A DNA stretch of 63,879 nucleotides, filler included, from Reticulomyxa filosa (Eukaryota; Protista; Foraminifera): the NCBI GenBank assembly GCA_000512085.1. It is 14 parts of 14 records of this genome, joined end to end, with 100 filler letters (N's around TTAATTAATTAA, not from the genome) between each part and the next. Parts side by side here need not be neighbours in the genome. Positions count along the whole stretch, not along the records: positions 9,356 to 12,915 come from ASPP01010801.1; positions 13,016 to 14,391 come from ASPP01020184.1; positions 14,492 to 15,495 come from ASPP01048055.1; positions 15,596 to 32,833 come from ASPP01002289.1; 10 more parts are not named here. One strand, given 5' to 3'. A program made the translations under genes and the position numbers. Shown here in pieces: positions 12,211 through 23,800 of this stretch (its first letter is position 1; each line of letters starts with the position of its first letter). The notes under the pieces are model-generated. The model saw only the letters and a list, made by a program, of their open reading frames with translations, ran no database searches and was not told the origin of the DNA.

Positions 12211-12872
12211 ATGAGTTACGATGATCGTTATGAGAGACATGGCCATTATCCCAGTCGTGGAGAGCGCGATGATTGGGGAAGAGATGAAAGGCGTGAACGT
12301 GGTGGCTGGGGAGACAGAGGTGACCGCGGAGATCGTGGAGATCGCGGAGATCGCGGAGATCGTGGAGATCGAGGTGGTTGGCAAGGTCGTGGTGGAGGGC
12401 GAGGTGGAGGCCGAGGCGGAGGCCGTGGAGGATTCAGAGGTGGTGGTCGTGGTCGTGGTCGTGGTCGCACAAGCGTTTCGTCTTTTATCCTTTGTTTTTT
12501 TTATTTATTTTATTGTTTATATTGTTTTGCTTTCGTTCTCTTCGTCAGCACAAAAAAAAACAAACAAAAGATGGCGCGTTACAGCGAAGATCCAAGCCAC
12601 GAACTACTGCAAGAAATCTATGACTCGTACCGAAATCAACCGTCGGGAGTGGCACGTCGACGAGTGGCGGTATACAAAGGCGACATAAAAGAAGTCGAGT
12701 CACTGAGAAAAGGGATAAGCTACTTTGTCATGCCGGACAATACCACCAGCTACGAACGTCCGTCCGTTTTGGTAGGAGTTGAGCCAAGTGTCGTGCGCTT
12801 CGAACGCCAAGCTTTGGACGCGGAATACTACCAAGCTTTTCCCAAGCCTCCTAAACGCGAACACTTTGCTAA
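12211..12872 (+). CDS. RG/RGG-rich N-terminus of a probable RNA-binding protein (3'-truncated); intron 12475-12570
   Basis: (GDR)n and GRGGGRGG/GRGRGRG repeats, then an ordered segment MARYSEDPSHELL...FPKPPKREHFAN before a poly(T)-containing intron and the contig end. Confidence 0.7.
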
Positions 12873-12876
12873 TTGT

Positions 12877-12915
<39 letters not shown>

Positions 12916-13015
12916 NNNNNNNNNNNNNNNNNNNNNNNNNNNNNNNNNNNNNNNNNNNNTTAATTAATTAANNNNNNNNNNNNNNNNNNNNNNNNNNNNN
13001 NNNNNNNNNNNNNNN

Positions 13016-14332
13016 GACTATGATGATGACCTGGAAGAGAAAACACATGAAAAAGGGGAAGACGAAAGAAAAGATGAAACTATTCACAATGGCTTAGCCA
13101 ACAATGTTCAAGAAAACATCTTCATGTGCATCTACTTTCGGTCGCTAGCTCTAATGCACTATTACAGCGATTGGGATTCGCTTTCCACTACCGCAAATCG
13201 TTCGCAGCTAAGTGACGCCAATCCTAAATGTGTTCAAGAACGTTCCGAGAACAAAGTTGATGATTCATCTACACCTTCCTTTGGTCATGATTTTGATCCG
13301 GTGGAATACGGGTATATACGTATACATACATATATATATATATATATATTCATATATACGTATGTATATATGTATATATATTCATATATATGTATGTATA
13401 TATGTATATATGTATAATTTTTTTTGAAATCTTCAATGTATTACACTCAGTATATGTTGTTTGTAAAATAAAGGTTTCAAAAATTTTTCACGTCATTTAT
13501 GCAAGGTGCCGTCGTATCAATAGCGACAGCAGATTACATGTTGTACAAAGCTCATTATAAAAAAGACTTCAAAGGGTGCCTGGAAATTTATAAAAAGCAA
13601 ATGAAAAAATTGATTCGGGAGGAACAACAGGAGCGACAGTTCATTTGGAGTGAGTGCTGTGAGAAACGAAAGAACAAAAAACTTTTGAAAAAAATTGATG
13701 TGAATTCAAAGCTGGACGACAAAAGCACGATCAATTGCAAGCAGCTGTTACTGGAGGACCAACGCAAGTTCGAACGAATATTGGATAAAAAGAGCGAAGG
13801 GACTCAAAACTTTGAGTTTTATCGCATTTCTGAAAAGTCGCGATTGGAAGTCACGTATGCGTACATGTTGTCTTTGCAAGCCAGAGAAACGCCCAACACG
13901 ACAGTAGGGGATACTCGTAGTGGTAATGATATACAATCTTGTAAAGGAAAATGGAACTATGAAGCAAGTCGATTATTTGAAAAATGGTACCGTGTTTTGC
14001 AACACACGAAAAATGATTTGAAGTGTGATTTATTTGGATTGCGCGGTTCGTGGTGTTTGCATCACTTTTATGCCACCCATTTGCATTACAACATGAAAAC
14101 ACTCTCATCCGCCAAACAACAATACCTTTGTGCTCTCGAATGCTGTCCAAGACATATTTGGACACTTTTTCATTATACCAAATTGTTGGTGCAAGAAGAT
14201 TTCCACAAAAACAAAAATTTAATCCATCAACACATTCATTTGATGAAAGAAATTAATTCCTCTGTCGATCTAATGAAAACTGACTTTGAAAACTTATGCA
14301 AAGAAATTCAGAGCATGGATAAAAAAGCCTAA
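13016..14332 (+). CDS. C-terminal part of an uncharacterised helical-repeat (TPR-like) protein; intron ~13312-13473
   Basis: Open frame from the contig start and a GT-AG microsatellite intron. TPR-like segment HHFYATHLHYNMKTLSSAKQQYLCALECCPRHIWTLFHYTKLL; stop at 14330-14332. Confidence 0.6.
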
Positions 14333-14491
14333 TACACACATATATACATCCCTTTTCCAGTTTTGACAAAAAAAAAAAAAAAAAAAAAATTNNNNNNNNN
14401 NNNNNNNNNNNNNNNNNNNNNNNNNNNNNNNNNNNTTAATTAATTAANNNNNNNNNNNNNNNNNNNNNNNNNNNNNNNNNNNNNNNNNNNN

Positions 14492-15495
14492 ACTTTTCAT
14501 ATTCTCCTTTTTCAAAGTATGCATTCCCGAAATTACTTAATGATAATGCAACATTTTCGTGATTTGATCCTAATTTATCCAATCTAATTTTCAATGCTTT
14601 TTTATGATATTCAATTGCTTTATCATATTCTCCATTGTTTTGGTAAGTAGCTCCTAAATTATTGTATAAATTAGCAACATCAATGTGATCTGATCCTAAT
14701 TTATCCAATTTGATTTTCAATGATTTTTCATGATATTCGATTGTCTTGTTATATTCTCCTTTTGAAAAATACACACTTCCCAAATTGACGTACGACGAAG
14801 CAACATCAATGTGATCTGATCCTAATTTATCCAATTTGATTTTCAACGACTTTTCATAATATTCAATTGCCCTGTCATATTCTCCTATTTTCAAATAAAC
14901 ATTTCCCATATTGTCATATGAATTAGCAACATCAACGTGATCTGATCCTAATTTATCCAATCTGATTTTCAATGCTTTTTTATGATATTCAATTGCCTTG
15001 TTATATTCTCCTATTATCCAATAAACATTTCCCATATTGTTATATGAATTAGCGACATCAATGTGATCTGATCCTAATTTATCCAATCTAATTTTCAATG
15101 CTTTTTCATGACATTTTAATGCTTTGTCTTGGTCTCCTTTCATACAGTATGAACAACCTAACCGTTCACAAGAACCTGCAACATCAATATGAGAATCACC
15201 TAATGTTTGCAAAGTGATACAAAGTGCAAAACGAAATAATGTTATTGATTCATCATAGTTTGATTTATTAAATGAATCAATTCCCAATTGTCCAAAGTTA
15301 TTTGCATGAATAGGTCCAGGACCAATGGGAATAAGAGAAGCAAATGGATAATGAATAATAGATTTTTTAGTATGAATAAGATGCTGGGTAATACGGCAAT
15401 TACCAATTCCATTGATAATACAATCAACAGCATAAACACATCCATCAATTGTAATATCATCAAATATGATATTTTTGGAATGAAAAGAATAAATA
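14492..15495 (-). CDS. 42-aa-period TPR repeat protein (kinesin-light-chain/NPHP3-type repeats), truncated at both ends
   Basis: At least 5 near-identical 126-bp repeats encoding KA/SLKIR/KLDKLGSDHIDVANSYNNMGNVY..GEYNKAIEYH. The frame is open to the contig edge (...DDITIDGCVYAVDC...). Confidence 0.92.
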
Positions 15496-15678
15496 NNNNN
15501 NNNNNNNNNNNNNNNNNNNNNNNNNNNNNNNNNNNNNNNTTAATTAATTAANNNNNNNNNNNNNNNNNNNNNNNNNNNNNNNNNNNNNNNNNNNNTATTT
15601 TTATATATTTTTATATATTTTTATATATTTTTATATTTTTTATATTTTTTATATTTCATCTTTTCTTTTTTCATATAG

Positions 15679-15805
15679 TCGATCCATACAACGAATCTTT
15701 GATAAAGAAACTTGGAATCAAATTGCTGAAAAATTAACTCTTTGGCAACATAATACTGATACTGTCATACAAATTATGCAAACATATAGTGGTAATAAAG
15801 AATGA
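15679..15805 (+). CDS. EIF3M: Last exon of translation initiation factor 3 subunit M (not in the ORF track)
   Basis: After the acceptor ...CATATAG the frame reads RSIQRIFDKETWNQIAEKLTLWQHNTDTVIQIMQTYSGNKE*, matching the eIF3m C-terminal R.F....W..L...L..W..N pattern. Confidence 0.7.
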
Positions 15806-16558
15806 TTATCAATTTATTACCACTATTATGCTTTCATAGAGTTTTTTTTTAGAGTGCATCTAAAATAAACATTGCTTTATTATAGGATCTGATTTCCTAA
15901 TTTTCTCTCTTCACTTTTGACATTTAATTCAATTTCCATTCATTTCATACTCTAAACAGCATTCCAATTTTTCAAAAATAGAGATTACATGTTATTGTGT
16001 CAAAATTTTATTCGTTATCTAATGAGAAAGAAATGCAAAAAATTGTTAAGGGAATGCCAAGATTGCAATATATTCATGGAATGCAAGGAAATACATGTAT
16101 GTATAATAAAATCATTACGATAAAAGTGATGGCGGTTTGATCTGTAATGATGCACTATGTTATGAACTTTGCGTTGCTGACTAGTATACAACACAGCAAA
16201 AAAAGACCCCTAAAATGAACTCCTATAAATTTGTTCATAAAAATCGATATTTTCAAAATCTTTTTTAATGATATCTATGCATCATGGAGACCAATATTTT
16301 GAAAAAAGTTAATAATTCGCTTTGGTATTAAAAGCCAAACACATTAAAATTTTATTTTTCTGAATTATTAGAACTTTGAATATGGATTTTCACAAATAAA
16401 CTTACAAGTGTTTGTAGAGAAATCTTTTTTCGGGGAAAAGAATGTTGGGATTGAAACGTTGAACAAATTTTTTTAATTTTATTTTATTGCATTTACATTC
16501 AAAAACAAATCAAAATATTTTGAGAAACCACATCCAAAAAATCACACCAGTTTTTCAA

Positions 16559-17809
16559 CTAACTTTCATTGATACTGACCCATTGTTGTAATCGGTCTGC
16601 GGCATTCATGCGAATGCTCATCCAAAAAGGTAAGTAATCACTTTTGCACTCATTTGAGTTGGCGAGGTCATAGATACTCTTTCCGTCATACGTAACTCGA
16701 ACACAAGTATCTCGATTGACTAATTTTGCCCCACACACTTTTTGATACAAAACTCCTTCTTTTACGCCCATGCTACCTTTGTTCAACTTGGGTTCACAAT
16801 CACCCGAGGATTCCCATGTTAGCGGGTTCACTGTTAAAAAAGAATCTTCTGACTTCTCGTCACCGGAGATAACTTCAAATCGACGAGCGTCGTCTTTAAA
16901 AAAGTGTTATCATCATTTTAACCTATTTACTTTGGAAGCAGCGAATATGTGTTTTTGGGCTAAAACAAACCTGCATAGAAATAGTGGCAAGGACGAATGT
17001 TTGTCTCTTCAACGCCATAATCCGTGCACCAAGAAATGACACATTTGGTATCTCGAGGTTGCTGTGTTGCTTTGAGATAGGAATTAGTGGTTATGTCTGT
17101 AGGATAGATCGGACATCCTGGCAAATATGCACAAACTATTCGTTTACGTAAATCTTTAGCTCGTTCAGTATCTTGATTGATAAATTCTTCTTGAATAAGT
17201 CTTAGCAACATATATGACCCTATGAATCCCCGCCAAAACAAATCCCAACGCTGAAGGGATTGATACAACTCAACACACAAAAAAAAAGGGACAGAGAGGA
17301 GGGTCTCCCATGTGAACTTTTTTGTTTATTGGTCCCTTAAAAAAAAATATTCCGGTTAGAATACCTTGTCCTTCACCAGCTAAGATAAACGGTCGGGTGG
17401 AACTCCAATACGTTAAAAAATGAAAAAAAGCTTTTTTGACATCGCCATAAGCAATATCTAATGCCAAGGAATCGTTCGTTTCGGTAGCACTTCTATAATT
17501 CGGAGCATACACACGGCAACAATTGTTGAAAGTGCTTGCGTGCATTTCTATTTCAGCGCGAACAGTTTCCGCGTCTTGTTGTGGACAATTTAATAAAGTC
17601 CTCCAATGCACATAAAACGCGTCACAGTCCGCTTGCTTTTGATTGTCTGTTTGTGGTAGTTCAAATCTCTCTTGTCTGGAATATCCTGAAAACACTCCTG
17701 GATAGCTGTTTTGAGGAAGCACGTTCGTTCCAGCCATCACCCAATTGTCTTCTTTTCCATATGATAAATCTTCCATCGAATCAGTCTTAGGAGCATTTAC
17801 ACAGCCCAT
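16559..17809 (-). CDS. DUF3089-family alpha/beta-hydrolase-fold protein, 342 aa, join(17365..17809,16971..17219,16559..16893)
   Basis: Family motifs DAFYVH, ASTFN..CRVYAPNYRSAT, LDIAYGDVKKAF.HFL, RPFILAG.GQG, RIVCAYLPG, CVISW, VNPLTW, DYLPFW..IR.NA..R. Two in-phase GT-AG introns. Confidence 0.85.
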
Positions 17810-18214
17810 TTCACCTGATTTTGCTTATCCAATCAATGAATAATCCACACAAAATAAGGGTTTTTGATGTTATTAATCGTCGAAATTCAGTGTACCTTTT
17901 TCTTCACGTGGCAAAGTCCCTGCTTCGCCGTCGTGACTAAAGTATCCAACAAAATGATTAAGAGTAATTGTTCATTAAGTCGCAATGATAAGCATCATAG
18001 AAATGAAACATTAGTTAATATTTTCATCTTAAACCGTAATAGATGACGAAAAATGAAATTCTGCTTTATTGTTCGCAGTTAAAAGGTTTTGGATGTGCTA
18101 AATGCAAGGTTGAGTTTTTTTGCAGTTGTTGCAGATCAACAAAAATAGAGAATACAATGAAGTAAGCGACGCCTGAGTTTTTTGTTTTCTCCCTTTTTGC
18201 GTTGAAAGTTTATT

Positions 18215-19360
18215 ATGTCTCAGAATTTGAGCTTTGGTGGCATCTTAAAAAACCTTTCCCAGTTGGATTGGAAAGATTTTGGGACCAAACATGCAGCGGT
18301 AGGGTTAAGTGCAGCGTTGGTGATTGGAGGTGTTTGGGGAATACTATCATACAACAAAACAGTTCCATATTCAATCCCAGACTATGCGTATTCGGATGAA
18401 TATCAAGAAGAGAAGGAGCGTATTGAAAGATTAAGAAAAGCGATACACAGACCAAAAAATAAAAGGACAACAAGTACAGAATCACATAAAGCGAGCTCAC
18501 TCAAATTTGGTGTCAAATCATATGAAAAGAAAGAAAAAAAAGGACATGACATCCAAAGAAGTGACAAGATAGAAGATAAGCAAATTGACCACTACACACA
18601 TGAGTCCAAGCAAACAGAGTTGCAATTACAGGAGAAGCTTTTGATTTCACCAGTTAATTAGAAAAGCGAATAGCAATAATAATACAAATAATAAAGGGAG
18701 AGGTATATTATGTCAAACATGCATTTGATTTGATGAATATTGGTTTGAATGAATTTAGAGTAACGAAGACAACAAACAAAATGTAAACGTAAGCGTGAAT
18801 ACAAATGAGCTTGAACATGGACATGGAGATGACAATGAGAACAAGTATGATTATAAGACAGAGAATGACAATGAGGAAGAGGAAGCGGTCGGATTTTCAG
18901 CCGATGTACATTATGTCCCTTTACAAATTCGCTATCAACATACGAAACGAGATTTAGACGGGTACGACTTACCGACAAACATACATTAGTTATTTCCTTT
19001 GTTTTTGTGTGATCATGAGTTGACACTCCAAATAAACACAAAAAAAGACCATTTTTCCAATTGGTGAACGTGTATGCCACACATCCAACCAACACTGGGG
19101 CTGATCCACTCGATGAGAGACACACAGACAGAGACCACACAATGAAATCGGAGCTGGGAATGAACTTACAACAAGAGAAACTAAAAGGGATGGAAATCGA
19201 TTCATTGAGGACTTCTCAAAAATCAAATCCAATGTACAATCTCAACGAAGATAAACCTATTATCGAAAGTGAGGAAAGCATGTCTGATAGACTTAAGCGA
19301 ATGTATGATCATGACAAATTACCTTCATCTCTGCAGCCTGAACCATCCACTGGAGTTAAT
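18215..19360 (+). CDS. Uncharacterised protein with an N-terminal transmembrane anchor, multi-exon; 3' end uncertain
   Basis: Hydrophobic AAVGLSAALVIGGVWGILSY segment. An in-phase intron (~18653-18758) joins ORFs 18215 and 18795. The join to ORF 19061 is problematic (see findings). Confidence 0.5.
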
Positions 19361-19849
19361 TTCTCTTTTCTTTTTCTTTTTTCTACGTTGCCCACTACAA
19401 ATATTATTTCTGTTTTCTTGTCCTGGTTTGTCATTTCATTTTCTATAGTCGCTAAGCACATAATTGTGCAGGAAACGATTGTATATTGGTCAGTTGTTTT
19501 CCCTTTGCGCCTTCTTCTTGCGTCTCCATTTTATGCTGTTTTTGGGCTTGATTTGCTTTCATTAAAAAAAAGAGCAGGTAAGATCAAAAAGAAAAACAAT
19601 CTGAACTTGTTCCGGGTAGTTGTTTTGCAAAACAATATTAAAGCATCTTTCGTTTGTGAGCACCGTACAAGTTCATTTGAGGATAAAAGAAAAGCGCAAA
19701 TTTTTTGCTCCGCAAAGTTTTTTAATTCTCATTCAAGATTGATGATTTCGTTGTAAACTTCGCCGTCTTACAGAAATGAGCCTGACCCTTTCTGAACATT
19801 AATTATTGAACAAGTAACGATTGTAACAAATCAATTAAACATTCAAAAC

Positions 19850-20174
19850 ATGATTGGCAGCAGTTTTCGTTGTTTAGGTCGTCGTATGTTGTCGACGAAT
19901 GGACCCCGTTTCAGCTCTCAATTTACAACATACGGGAGAACGGCCTCGAGCTTTGTCCTGCCAATAAACTCATCACAGACAAAAACGCTCGTTCAAGAGC
20001 AAAGCTCGACTTCAATGGGCTTTCCTTCAACTTGGTACATGTTTTTACTTTTCGAAAAAGCAAATGTTCTCGATCTGCACGACATATATATTAACGAATA
20101 GTTTATTGGTTACAATGCAACAAGGCTCTCATTTGGTGAGTGTTGGTGCCTCGCCATCAGCAGCAGGTGATTAA
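19850..20174 (+). CDS. Small 85-aa protein with a mitochondrial-presequence-like N-terminus, join(19850..20034,20102..20174)
   Basis: MIGSSFRCLGRRMLST... is Arg/Ser-rich and acid-free. The GT-AG intron 20035-20101 is in phase; stop TAA at 20172-20174. Confidence 0.5.
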
Positions 20175-20859
20175 TGTTAACTTTTATATGGGGTTTGTGT
20201 GTAGTAACTAAAACGCTATTGATATGTCTGTAATTTTGAATATTCACGAATTTCTGGAATTTTCTGGATTCAGAAGGAGAAGAAGAAGGTTTGTGCTAAT
20301 ACAACAGAAAATAAATAAAGAAATTTGTAAACCACAATGCCCTAATCAAGTATTGGCTTTGTGAAATAGGGGTAGCTTTTGGAATCGATCAACAGCTTTC
20401 ACGACGTTCGTTTTTGCAAAATTGAACTATTTGTTGAACTGTGAACACTGCAAAATATGTCTTTTTGGGAAATTGCAACAAAACAGACCCGTAAAATTGG
20501 AAATGACAAAGAGTACAGCTTTTTGTTTGCTGTATCTCTAATTATGTGACGAGTGATAGACTGACGCAGTGGGACAAAATATTTTAAGGAATGAGTTTTC
20601 AAATCTTCCTTAATTCCATTTAAATACAAATAAAATCCGTGCTTGTGAACTTTTTCAAATAATTACATTGTTTTTTTAGGATGCATAAAATATTTTCGAA
20701 AAAAAAGAGGCACTTTCGATCAATATAAGCCCAAAGAAAATATCACTCATTAAGATATGTACGGAAACGACTGGCAAACCCTTTAAAGAAAGAAAATCCC
20801 TCAAAAATATTCTATGAGGTAACGAGAAATGATATTCCTTTTGCCATTTATAATAATCC

Positions 20860-23800
20860 TTGAAAGTAAAATTTTCTTTGTTTATTTTTGTGAATGATTT
20901 TACAAAAGCCTTTGTCTCCTCCAAAAATCCTGTTTATCTACAAATAGTTGTCTCCTCCTCTTTTATTGACGGTTATTTATTGTATGACAAATGTAGTAAG
21001 CTTGGAGGAGTTAAAAATGTATATATGGTATCTAAGCCAAGCGATGCAATTACTCCAAGTAAAAAACAGAAGGGAGAAGGAGAAAATATGAAAGTAGTAT
21101 ACTGGGACAGTGAACATGAATTTCCTTTATTTGCGATAACAGAAGTGAGTTCATCAGAACTTTCTTCAAAAAAATGGAGAAGCGATTATTATTCCACTCT
21201 TTATGGTTATGTGCAAGAGTGGAATAGTTTGTTTTATTATATTACGTTGAACGACAGTATTTTTTCAGCAGGAGAAATTGAATTAAAGACAAAAGTCCAT
21301 CAAAGCTCTTGTAATGCAGATACTGGCAATAATGATTTTTTTCTGTCGATCGAATGGACACAAGTTGTTTTTTGTTTTGTTTTTTTTTTTTGTTCGAATG
21401 TACATCTGATCTGATAAACATGGGCGACAATAATAGCTGACAAGCAATGAGCCATTAAAAGCAGTTGGAACAATGATGGAATTCCAAAAGCAATGCGACA
21501 ACAATATTGTAATACGTTATTCGACAGATAAAATAGTGCTAAATAGTTCTGCAATGGTTGAGCACTGCAATTATTGGTTAAGGTGTGGGATCAATGCAAC
21601 TAAACACTACTATGTATTAATTTCAAAGAATACGTTTGCACTATTGGGAAAAAGGGACTCAATCACTGAGATGAACCGACTTGCAAACTATTTGGGAAAT
21701 GTCAAAAAAGTTGGAAATAGTCCACGTCAAAACGCATTGACATCCAATTGTTCTCCAAAATTAATTACTCTGTTTTTCTCAGCAAACATGAGTACCACAT
21801 TTGATACATATCCATATCATTGGAATCAGTCCATATATTTTCCCCTCTGTCAATACTGGAATCAGGTTTCGACCAACATAACATAATCCCCGTTTTCTAA
21901 ATGTGAAATATCAACATTACAATGATACATCCACACACATACACACATGTATACATGTACGTCGTGTGTATCGTTGTGACAAATGGATATAGACGGAGTT
22001 GGAGTGGAAGAGCACATCAGATTGTTGGGTGGTAAATCATACCAGTGATAGCAGTACATGCGCTTGTGTAGTGACGAATACCACGTATCGACTGACCCAA
22101 TTCACAGTCCAATTGAACACTGGAGATGTGGAAATTGTAACTCGCGAACACACGCGAGCATTCACCATCGCAAACATCTCCCGACGACATCCGGTTGCCC
22201 TTTATGTTGTCTGCGCTCTCACCGCGTTGTTTTTGTTGTCTGTTGTCGCGTTGCCTAATAAATCACATGTACCTTTTTTGTCCGAAGATGACCTATCCAT
22301 TCTTAAACACGGAAAGCAAGCGTTGTTGCAGGATGAAATGAGCTGCATTTATAACATTGCAATCAGCGAACGCAAATGGATATGTTGTCGACTCGCCAAT
22401 GTGAACCTGCGTTCGCATTACCCGTTGTTGTCGATATGCTCTACTGTCCATGGATCCAACGTATCAACCAAAGAACTGTTACTAGCTTTCTATGCCATGG
22501 CCTTATCATGTTTGATTGGCAATGCCTTTTTGCTTCGTTATTACTCAGTTGAGTTTTTCGTGACATTTATATTTTGTGTGAGTGCAGAATGGGATAACAA
22601 CACGCACGTATACATATATGCACATGTACACATAAACATATCAATAACAAAAAAAAAAAGCATTGGAATCAATATTTGCGCTATGTGCTATGTGGAATGT
22701 TTGGAGGAGCAGTGTATTATGTGAGTGATAGTTGTTGGACTTGGTCTTTGCCACAAAAAGTGTATGAGTATTGGAAAGTGCATGAGACACAAGAAAAAGG
22801 ATCAAAGAAGGAAGAAAAAGTGTTTCAAATGCACTCGATCAAGTCACACGATAGTAATGCAATTGGCATGAACGAAGTGGAGATCCCTCCTCAACTTCCT
22901 CCAGTCCTCGCCGTAGCCGTCGACGATATGGCGTGCAAGTTGCTTCCGTCGACCCCAATAACAACCCATCAAATGTTCGAAATAACACAAAGCGCGACAA
23001 CTGGAGACGATCGCAACATTGTTCGAGGTGCCATCACTCCGGTGACCGTCGACAAGGAAGACACGATCGCAGTCGGCGTATCGAATAACAGCAGAGAAGG
23101 AACGCGCACCCAACGCACCTCCTCGTCGCCTCCTCAAAAAGTTCGGGGGAGTGAAAGTCAAGACCATCCTCCATTGCCCCCCAAACATAAAGACATGCAC
23201 AGTGATACCATTGTAAACTCAATTGTCGACGAATTAATGCACGATGCAATCGCACCTGCGTCCTCGACTCAAGTCAATGTGACTACTGTCGTCGCTATTC
23301 CGGAATTGCCTGTTTCTGAAAAGATCGACGATATCCAGATTAAAGATCAAGAGCAGATCTCCGGTCCTTTGAGATACAACAATGAAACACGTTTGTCCAA
23401 TCACGAATCGATACCGATAATCGACAGAGACAATAAACAGTATTGCGAAATTGGCAGTGACAATGGCCCCAAAGACGTGGCGGAGACAAATGTCGCATCA
23501 ATGGTCATAGCAATAGTCAGTGCAAATGAGCACGAAAATAAGCACAAAAAGGAAGTGCCAATCGATGTGAAGACACAACAAACACGAAAAACAGTTGGAA
23601 GTGACATCCATTCAATTGAAATCGAGCAATCGATCAATGTAATAGAGGACAACAGTAAATCAAATGAAGAAGAGCACACTAAGCCCGTGGAAAATGCCGG
23701 TCGAACCAGTGGCACCAATAGTCCAGTTCATGTCCCACGTGTGAGTGGAAAACGATATTCCAACAGCAGCACGCTCACAACTGCTCCATTTATGCATCAA

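Noticed and set aside
12246-12470. Pro/Arg-rich minus-strand ORF
   Set aside because: Antisense shadow of the RGG-coding region.
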